DNA from: Eledone cirrhosa
Taxonomy: Eukaryota
Length of the DNA stretch: 64,000 nucleotides
NCBI GenBank assembly: GCA_964016885.1
Contig: OZ024741.1
Location: forward strand, 302,126,001 to 302,190,000
Reading direction: 5' to 3'
Part shown: positions 1 to 9,688 of the stretch, in pieces
How the letters are laid out: every line of letters begins with the position of its first letter
Numbering within the stretch: position 1 is the first letter of the stretch
Notes under the pieces: generated by a model
What the model was told of the DNA's origin: nothing
The model's input: the letters and a program-made list of their open reading frames with translations, nothing else
Database searches by the model: none
Position numbers and translations under genes: made by a program

Positions 1-184
1 TTGCATAACTACAAGGCCCCGGACTGATTCTTTGTAATTTTATTTTCAACCTAAAAAATTTTCGGACTTTCGCAGTTATCTCCCTTACACCTCTCGCACG
101 CAGTCTAGTATTGCCTGTGTGAAGTGACCGGATTTCTGCGCTTGTGCGTTCGTACGGTTGTCCTTCCTGTTCCTATAACCATGC

Positions 185-234
185 CCATTCCGAGCTGAAG
201 ATCCGCTAAGGTGAAACAATTGTTCTCGGTATGG
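185..234 (+). ncRNA. Type I minimal hammerhead ribozyme (Penelope/retrozyme type)
   Basis: Stem I ccattccgag/ctcggtatgg (9 of 10 bp), CUGAAGA 195-201, short stem II, GAAA 213-216, stem III C-aatt-G within the palindrome AACAATTGTT, GUU triplet 222-224. Confidence 0.7.
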
Positions 235-780
235 TGAACTAACTGTTGTGTAACCACTTCTACCTAACTCGTCTCTTGGACTGAGTACTCTACCACTACG
301 GATATTACCTTCCAGTGTTCCACCACTATATATATATATATATATAGTAGAATAATCGAGTATCGAAAAATCGGCGCACGAGTTCACGATAAACAGAATT
401 CGACATGAGTGGCAGAGGGCTCAATAATTCAGATAAATCAGAGCTATAACTATCGTTAAAATACCAACACACATAGATTATGTCTAAAATCAACCATACG
501 ACCGAAAAATTACGATCCGGAAGATTCGGGTCACTCAGATAAAATATCAATAAATCATATGAATGTAAAAAGCTTACCCGGACCCACTAGAAAGATGGTA
601 AATCTAGCTTCTTGGGTTTCTGTAAATCCTTAAATCGCCCACTATCAGCCCACATAAAAATATATAAGACTTCTAGAGAGCGGCGGACAGGAAATACTTT
701 ATCAACGAGCATTGTCCAAACGAATAAAAAAGCACAACCCTAACTGAAAACGCACATGGAATCCAGCAAGGGAGATAACC

Positions 781-1335
781 TCTATATGACCCTCACATGT
801 ACCCCGGCATCTATGGAGGAAACAGAAGAGTCACTGAATGTGACGTCCTAGATGAGACATCTGCCTCTTACCCAGGGACAACGGGTAAGACAATCTGGTC
901 TCTTCCCATCAATTCTGGATAGATCAGCCGGCTCCAGAACTGAGCGGATATTTACCCAAACTAGGGCCGCTTAATGATCAGGTTTAGCTCGGTGTGGCGA
1001 CCAGCATTCAGGCGGCAAGTACTTCTAGGAACCTTATAAATCTAATACACAAAAATATATAATCAAAGCGAGAAGAAAAAAAAAACATCAATTCAACACG
1101 AAGTGTGTCAATCGATCACACACTATAAGAGTCATCGGAAATTGTTTGAGGTAAGCCAACACGCTCGCAGCATTACCACGGATGATAGCTAGGCTAAGGT
1201 ACTGAAACAACCAAGCAACCTCACGGTCATCACTTGACACCTCAGTAAGACGAGCCGCTAACAATGACAAGAACTTCGTTATCAGTGGCCCAGCTCCAAC
1301 AAAAGTCTCGAACGACACAGACTGGAAGAAATGGT
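781..1335 (-). mobile_element. Degenerate CRE-like (RLE) non-LTR retrotransposon 3' fragments, two pieces
   Basis: Minus-strand translations RHTELN..., KRPDCLTRCPWVRGRCLI*DVT (PD..D nuclease) and FETF.G.GP...LFQYLSLAIIRGNA. Confidence 0.7.
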
Positions 1336-2955
1336 TTATTGATAAGCAATCTAATCTAATCTTTATCTGTTATTTTAGCCTCAGATCAGCCCCGACTCAG
1401 TAAATCTTTGAGCATTTCAGCTATTCCTATCCGTCTCATTATCATGACTATATGTTAAGGTGGTAGCTTGCGATTTAAATAAGGTTTGTCTACTATTTCT
1501 AACAAGTCGGGCTGCCACGACTTGTGGCAGTTTTAGTTGGTATCTAGCCGTAGGTGAATCTTGAATAAGTATACCTACAATCAAAAGCATTCCAACCATG
1601 ACCGATTTTGTTATTTTCAGGTATTGTGTGCCTCACACTACATAACCGATTGTAATTTTTTTAGGAGAGTAGGATTTGATTTAAAGATTTGATAGTCATT
1701 TCTAGTCGAGCGACCACGTAAAGGTTCCCTCGTAGTATTGATGAGTGACGATAACCAAACCTCGTTTTATAAACATTATTGAATGCATCTGGTGCCGTAT
1801 CCCAACAGTTATCGGACTACCTATGTGTAATTTATCGACGATTTTATTAATTTTATATTGACAATTATAATAATAATTGTTTCTATTTTTGGAACAAGGC
1901 CAGCAATTACCCAGTACATTACTGGTACTTTATTTTATCGACCCCGTAAGGATGAAAGGCAAAGTTAACCTCGACGGGATTTGAACTCAGACCGTAATGG
2001 GACGTAACTATGCTAGAAAGCATGGCGTCCAACCCTCATTGGCCACACGACGCTGAGGACAACACATGGACGAAACAAAACAACACAGCATAGAATGGGG
2101 TTTATAGCTAGTAAAGGAAAATGGGCGTCAACGATGGGAAAACAGTAGATATGACATAATAATAATAATTGTTATAAATAGTGAATACAAAACAATAACA
2201 ATTATCAACCAGGATGCTCCACCAATAGGTGGGGGGTTGCACCTTTAGTGTAATTATACACACACACACCGTTTCTAATTATGGCACAAAATCAGTAATT
2301 TGAAAGGAGGAAAGTCGATCACATAAATCCTGTACTTAAATGGTACTTTATTATGAAACCCATAGAAGTCGATCTCGTCTATTAATAATAATAACTAACG
2401 ATAAATAAATAAAGTGAAAAGATCTTACCAAAGCGAGTTGTGAGGTCATGCCTGAAAAGAAACTATTTTTAACTTAAATGTTTTCACTTAAATAGCATGT
2501 GATGATAGACAAACTTTCTAATCTCCCCCAACGTTATTACTATTACGAGATAACGCAGTTCAAACTTCAAGTACTATTTCCTTCACCAGATAAATCAAAA
2601 CTTACGATCTTTTTCGATCTATTGTGTAAACTGATTTTGTTAATTTTTGTGTGATTTTGTTTCATTGCGTGACGTGCTTAGCTTGAATTTTGTTCAGGTC
2701 AATGATCGAAAGGTTGCAAACTGAAAATATCGTTAAGTTTTTATTTACTTCTACATTTTCTTCATTGACAAAAATAAATCCGCAAGAGAGATATCTTTTT
2801 AAACTATATTTTTTAATGAATAAAGAAAGATTAAGTAACCGATATGATTAAATATTTGGCTTTTGTGTGTGTGTGTGTTTATGGCTTAGTTACGAGAGTG
2901 ATGATTGATATCTGACACTTTTTTATGTTTTCGAATGTTGGGAGAAGAGTATCCT

Positions 2956-3609
2956 GCCCTATCCGGCACCACAACGTTATTAGCTGTCAGTGGAAGCAGC
3001 CGATGAAAACAGGTGAAGATGACGTCACTCGTCAAACATCGTTTATTTCCGTTTTACTACCACGCGTAAGTGGAGTTTTCACGCGTTTTGTGGGGAGAGA
3101 GAGAGGGAAGACTTAAAAGGGCCAAATTAGAAAACAAGTCATGGTTATAAAGCATATCGATGTAAGTGGAGTTACTTAAATGAAAATATAGGTGGCCCTT
3201 AAAAGGGCCAAATTAGAAAACAAGTCATGGTTATCAATGTAGAAAACAAGTAATTCATAAATTTAAGTTTTATAATTAAATTTTTACATTGATAACCATG
3301 ACTTGTTTTCTAATTAACTTAAATTTGTTTTCTAATTTGGCCCTTTTAAAGGCCACCTATATTTTCATTTAACTAACTCCACTTACATCGATATGCTTTA
3401 TAACCATGACTTGTTTTCTAATTTGGCCCTTTTAAGTCTTCCCCCTCTTTCTCTCTCTCTCTTCCCCTCCCCCTCTCTATCTCTAAAAAACGCGTGAAAA
3501 CTCCACTTACGCGTGGTAGTAAAACGGAAATAAACGATGTTTGACGAGTGACGTCATCTTCGCCTGCTTTCATCGTGCTTCCACTGACAGCGAATAGCGT
3601 TGTAGTGCC
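2956..3609. mobile_element. Foldback-type element with arms of about 280-320 bp
   Basis: About 2963-3242 is the near-perfect reverse complement of about 3286-3609; internal subrepeat gggccaaattagaaaacaa; flanking direct repeat GAGTATCCT at 2947-2955 and 3610-3618. Confidence 0.8.
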
Positions 3610-4249
3610 GAGTATCCTCACTCAAAAGAATTGACCCGAATACTTGGAACAAAAAGCCACCTGCTAAAGGTAGCCAAGGATCTTCTGGTGGTATTACACC
3701 GGTCGACGAAATTAATGTACCACGGAAGAACAGGAAATGTCTTTCCCGCTGTCTTTTACACAATTTCCATCTCCTTAATTTCACTCATAAATGTTGATTG
3801 GTTTAAAGTACCTTGCACTAGTATTGAACCCTAAACTACGTATTTGCGAAGCGGAATTAACTATTTTACCTGGTTCCACGATACGGAGTTGTTTCCTTCC
3901 ATCACAATTTTATCTAGAAACCCTTGATATGTTACAAACACCAGTTTAATAATAAGAAATTATAAACAGTTTTTCATTGGAAATATGGTATGGTAACGAA
4001 ATGCTTAGCCACAGAGGCATACCTGCGTCTTGCAGTATCGGTAGAGCGTCGGATACCATGATTTGCGGCATAGGATTATGGCCCTTTACTTTCTGAGTTC
4101 AAATCCCACCGAGGTTAGCTTTGCCATTCATCTTTACGAGGTTGGTAAAATAAAGTACCAGTAACGCTCTGAAGTCGATTTAATCGACATTTCCCATTCC
4201 CAAAAATTATTTGAATAACTAACAATACTACACAGGATCCGTGCACAAA

Positions 4250-5620
4250 TAAACTATAAAATTTTACTGAAGATGATTCTGTTGAGTTGAACTGAATGGT
4301 GTTTGGCTGCATACAGTATTAAGTAAAGAATAGAGAAGAACAAGAATATAATTCATTTCCAGCCGGTATACCTAGCAAGGGAAAAAGTGGAGAAGAAATT
4401 TGCACGTGGGATGAGATAGTGAAGATCGAACTTAAGAATTCCATCTCCAAGATCTTACAGAAGCACTCTTCCCCCGGCCACAATCTCTCTAGGTCTCAAC
4501 TAACCACTCTAAGAGAACCTTGTTCAAATAAATTAATATACTTCTCTTCAGACAAAGGGAGAGAGTTCTGCGTGATTGAGCAGAACATTTACACAACTAG
4601 CGCTAGGACACCTCAACAACACAAAGTTATATAGTAAGGTTAGCAACAACATCACACCTAGCCAACTAGAGACCACCATTAACACCAGTTGGACTAATAT
4701 CTGTAACTGCTGAAGCATCCCTAGTTGAATAAAACACATCTTCATCACCAGAAACAGTAAGCTCTCCACCTTCTACCATCTCATCAAAACACACCAAACA
4801 GAACCATACTTAAAAATTAGACCCATCGTTTCTTGCATAAATGGTCCATTCTATAAAATTTCCTGGCTTCTTTCCAGACTTCTCAAACTTCTTCACACTT
4901 TTCCCGGACACATAGACAGATCACAAGAAGTAGTCAACAGAATAAAAGAACTTGAGCCCAGCACACTTGGACAGAATAGATACTCCTTTAGTTTAGACAT
5001 AGTTTCCTTCTACACCTCTGTCCCTGCCTCCCCTGCCATTGACTTAATTACAGACATCATTGCCTCTACCAAACCTCAATTGTTTTAGACTCACTGCTGC
5101 TGATATCTGAACTTTTCTCTACCATCATGTGTTACAATTTTTTCCAGTTTGAGGCCTCTGTATAGAAACAAATCTCAGGACTTCCAATGGGATTGAGTCC
5201 CTCAGGCCAGCTGACCATCACGTACATGGACCAGTTGGAGCAATCAGCACTCACCACCTACCACTCTTGCTTCTTCTGCATGACATCGTTATGTTCACTT
5301 CATCACGTGAAGAAGCCTTCAAGATCTACAACATCTTTGAAAACAGACACATGCATAAAATTTGAGGTTGAACATCCAGACACCACTTGATCCCTCTCTC
5401 TACTTGACTTTACACTAAGAGACACAAAGGAGGGATCTATATACACCAAATTTTACAGCAAGGATGCCTGCAGAGATATTTTTGTACACCACAACTCCGC
5501 CCTCCCCTACAGAGCCAAAATGGCCTATATACAGAATGAGATCTGGATACGCAACAAATGCAGCAAGGGTAGTGACAGACATACCACCACAGTGGAATTC
5601 CAATGAGTTTTCTTACTTAA
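4250..5620 (+). mobile_element. Degenerate Penelope-like element RT
   Basis: Frameshifted PLE motifs SDKG, FYHLIKTH, IRPIVSCINGP, SLDIVSFYTSVP, GLPMGLSPSG and IKFEVEHP..LLD; degenerate hammerhead upstream. Confidence 0.8.
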
Positions 5621-5699
5621 AACTGCTACCCTAGTCTCCCACCAAACACCAAAATGGCAAGGCAGCAGAATGTAAAAGAACAAGGAGGATACGTGCCCC

Positions 5700-7727
5700 T
5701 AAGGATAACATTTGCTACTGCCAGACAATTGCATTGTCTACCATCAGACAAACTTGCCATTGCAAGTGTTAAGTTCAACAATATGGAAGCTTTGGGCATC
5801 ATTCGTCGATCAACAGTTCTAGGTCATTACCGCTACATGTGGCACCAAAACCCAACGGAGGTTGGCAACCTTGCAGGGATTATCGCTGTCTCAACATGAG
5901 CACTACACCCGACTTCTACTTCATTCCATATATACAAGACTTCTTGGCTCAGTTAACCAGTTGCTAGATTTTCTAAAAAAATCAACCTCATTTGAGAGTA
6001 TCATCAAATACCTGTGCAAGATGATAATATTCCTAAAACCACCATTATCACTCCTTTCAGACTGTATGAATTTCTACGTACACCTTTTGGCCTAAAAAAT
6101 GCAGCACAATCCTTTCACTGCTTGATTGACATCATGTGCAGAGGTCTAGACTTTGTTTTTGTATATCTAAATGACATCCTTATTGCAAATCAAAATGCAA
6201 TAAGGATGCTACACAAGAAGCACCTAGTAACTCTTTTTGGGAGGCTTGAACAATACGGTTTGGTAGTCAGCCCCACAAAGTATGTCTTTAGTGTTAAAGA
6301 AATCAACTTTCTTGGACATCAAATCATAGGTACAAGGGTGCAGCCCTACCAGAAAAGGTGAAGCTATCTTATCTTTTCCATTCCTCGCCTCAAACGAGGC
6401 TCTGCACCAATTTGTATGTCTGGTAAACTTTTATCATCATTTCATCCCCTCTGTGGCAAGATTGATGAGACCATTGTACAAAGCGCTATCAGGAAAAAGA
6501 TTTTAAAAAACAGGTGAAGTGGGACAGTGCCTTCAGCCTTCAAATCCACAAAAGAAGCTCTCGCTAAAGCAACCATGCTTTCCCATCCTTATATGTCAGT
6601 GTCAACCACACTCACAGTGTATTGGAACAATACATCAATGGTCAGTGACAACCTCTAACTTTCCTTAGTCGATAACTATGACCACCTGAACAGAAATATA
6701 GTGTTTTTGACAGGGAACTGCAAGCTGCTCATTTAGGTGTCTGATACTTTCCCTAGTTATTGGAAGGTCAAACCTTCACAATGTTCACGCTTGTTTCGAT
6801 GTCCTAAACAGCATCTCATCCAACCATGCTCAATTCACCTTAAAGCTGTGAATGACATGTGATAACTTTTTGGTATCAACATGAAACACACAACAGTCTA
6901 TCACCCCCAGACTAACAGCTAAGTGGAAGGAATCCCTCATAACCAGACTTAAATGGCCCAACTGGATCAAATAACTTCAATGGGTGATACTGGGAATCCA
7001 CACTGCCCCAAAGGAACACCTCAACATTTCTCCCATGGAAATGGTGTACAGTGCTCATTCCAAACATTTAATAAGACTCGCCTGCCAAAAAGTATCTTGA
7101 ACAATTGAGAGACATGGGCCAGTTATGCCCTACTCCTATATCAACACACAGTACACCTATGTCTTCTGTACCAAATGACTTCCACAAGGTGAAGTTTGTT
7201 TTCGTTTGACAGAAAAACCTTCAGTCACTCTATGATGAACCATACAAACTGATACATCTAGCACACAAGTCATTTCAACTCTTGTTTGGAGGATCATAGG
7301 ACATGGTTTCCATCGATAGATTGAAACCAGCCCATCTTGACATTAGCAGCTCCATTCAAGTAGTTCAACCACCAAACAGAGGTCGTCCTAGGCAAGTCAC
7401 ACCAACCCCTGATGACAAACAGTCACCAAAGAGTCAAGTAATTACACACATGGTGATAAAAACACCTTATCAGTTCCAATAACAATCAACAGTTTTGAGG
7501 GGTAGCTATATAGAGCATTGGCTGTGAGCTCATAAAAGATAAACTGTTGACGAAGGACCTTTCCTGTAGACTTGTTATTGAACTGGTCAGCAGAAAATGC
7601 GCTTCCAGTGAGGTGGGTACCAAGAGCTGGACTTTGGGGTTAGATTGTTCCTTCTTACATTTGTAAATGTTTGTCATGAAATAAAAAATAGTTCAACAAA
7701 TCACTGTTTGTTGTTATTTTGCATATA
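5700..7727 (+). mobile_element. Degenerate Ty3/Gypsy pol (RT, RNase H, integrase remnants) with putative PPT and 3' LTR
   Basis: KTTIITPFRLYEFLRTPFGLKNAAQSF, YLNDILI, FLGH, YSVFDREL, VSIDRLKPA; purine tract at about 7497-7506 followed by an LTR-like segment with AATAAA. Confidence 0.85.
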
Positions 7728-7809
7728 GCTTAACTAAAGATATAGAGTAGTGATAGGAATAGGGGTTGAGAGAAGGGAGGGGTAGTCTTAAGTGAGTGAC
7801 GTCTGTGGC

Positions 7810-8545
7810 ATTGTGGAGTTCATCCAGCTTTCCCTGTTAGCATGGTTGGATGAGGAGGTAAGAATTCAGGGATAAATTTGGCAGTAAGGTGGGGGTGATT
7901 GCTGGGTTGAGGAGGTGGTTGTGAACAAGCAGTATTTGACAGTAGAGTAGAGGTGTGTCTGTCTTTCCAAGCTAGCCTGGGTGGGAGATTATAGGAGGAA
8001 TCAGGGATGTAGATGAGGGGAAAGCTAGGGTGGGGAGTGGGAGAACGTTAAGTATGTTTAGGGAAAACTATTGTGGAGAGGGAGAATACTTGGTAGAGGG
8101 AATAGATAATGAGAAGGGGGATAGGCTAATGTTGGTACATTTTTTATAGTATGGTATATACCCAGTCAACTTGATATTGTGTCATCTCTGTGGTATCTAA
8201 CCTTTAAGGACAGCCTTCCCATATTTTCTTAGGTCTTCTTCTTTCACTGGCTCCCTTGACTTTGAGTACCCTGCACTTCTTAATGCAGCTCTCATCCTTC
8301 ATGCCCATCTCATAGCCATAGTCCCTCCTCTTGTACATTGCATCCAATCCCTCCTCTGTCCAGTTTTTTCTCTCAACACATTAATTCTTTGTCATGCTAT
8401 TACACATCCATCAGAGCATGTTCACCTTATTTCTTTCCAGTCTTTGCAAAAGCTTCTGCTTTCAAAGCCCAAGTGTCGTTACTATGCATTATCACAGTTT
8501 GCACACAGGCATCATACAATCGACCTTTCACTCTGAGAACATTTG
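7810..8545 (-). mobile_element. Old RTE LINE 3' fragment with pyrimidine-rich 3' UTR
   Basis: Minus-strand [13 protein letters not shown]...TWALK, homologous to the ORF end at 13230-13670. Confidence 0.7.
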
Positions 8546-9128
8546 TGTGTGTGTGAGAGTATTTATACACACACACAAAGGAAGTAAAAGTGCTGAAGGC
8601 AAAGGGTCATTAAACCTTTAAGAATATCAAGATACCATATTCACAAAAATATCTAAAAATACACAAAAATTGTTATATTTGCTTTCTAGTTATTTCGTGA
8701 TGGCCAGTCAATATAATAATTTGTTATGTCTTTAGATGGTTGCTTTAGATTCAACACAGTCAGCAACTCTTTTGCATCCATAGTTGGATGGAATGAAATT
8801 TTAAAATACCAGAAATTGTTGGAAAAATATTTTTTTTAGCCTGTGGCATTCAAAACATATTAGGGCTACTGTCATTGAGGTTCTTGTTACTGTTGGTGAC
8901 TCACCTTACTGAGATATAAGGTCATACTCATGAGGACACTTGATTATTCCAGCGCCGTAGCCTCACTATCATCCACAGCAATGCCGTGAGTGTATTAGCT
9001 TGCCTCATTCGTCTTCTTTCTCTGATTACTTTCTTTATGCAAATTGTTAATATTTTGATAATTTATGTAAATAAAATAGTTTGAATAAAAATGTATGGTT
9101 TCAGGTGAAGTAACCTGCCTAGCAATTA

Positions 9129-9472
9129 CTTTGGGGTCCCAAATAATAGGGGCGGGGGAATAAACGGGGTGGAGTTTGGAAAATCGGTAAGCTATCTAGG
9201 TTGTCTCCCTTGATTTTTTTTTTAAAACTAGAATTAGTCATTTAGTTTACATATTGAGACCCCCAACCCATCTTATTTATTTTATAATGTATAAGAGTTC
9301 TTGTAATGTTCTTTTATAATGTTTTTAATGTCTAAAGAAAATTAATTGTCGCAGGAATGCTATCACTTAAAATAAAATTTCGCCGGAGATAGGTTAGAAA
9401 AAATTAATAAGCGGGAGGGTGGTTCTGAAAAATTAAGAAGCTGGGTTGGGATGCTTATTCGAGACCCGAGAG
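9129..9472. mobile_element. TA-flanked Tc1/mariner-type MITE immediately upstream of PLAA
   Basis: TIR ctttggggtcccaaataa/ttattcgagacccgagag with TA on both sides; a second, inverted copy at about 52876-53233. Confidence 0.75.
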
Positions 9473-9485
9473 TACAACTAGCACA

Positions 9486-9492
9486 TATAAAA
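9486..9492 (+). promoter_or_regulatory. Candidate TATA box for PLAA
   Basis: TATAAAA starting 63 nt upstream of the ATG, just outside a MITE; position only. Confidence 0.25.
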
Positions 9493-9548
9493 TAGAATTT
9501 TGGGTTTCTTTAAAGAAAGAGGTAAATATTTGTTTTACACCGGTAATA

Positions 9549-9688
9549 ATGGCGTCGCCATACAAACTTCGGTCTACAATTGTGGGACATGAAGGTGATG
9601 TAAGAACACTGACCACAATTTTACAGCATGAAGATGTTATTATATCAGGATCCAGAGATTGGTCCACTCGAATATGGACCGCTAACGA
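9549..9688 (+). CDS. PLAA: PLAA exon 1 ([19 protein letters not shown]...[14 protein letters not shown])
   Basis: ATG in ataATGG context; WD40 start typical of PLAA/Doa1; donor GA|gtaag, phase 2. Confidence 0.93.

Noticed and set aside
2925-3621. Two ORFs sharing GEDDVTRQTSFISVLLPRVSGVFTRF
   Set aside because: They are the two arms of the inverted repeat read on opposite strands.
8730-9010. Possible divergent first exon with a minus-strand GTGAGT donor
   Set aside because: The frame closes before the donor and I found no downstream exons.
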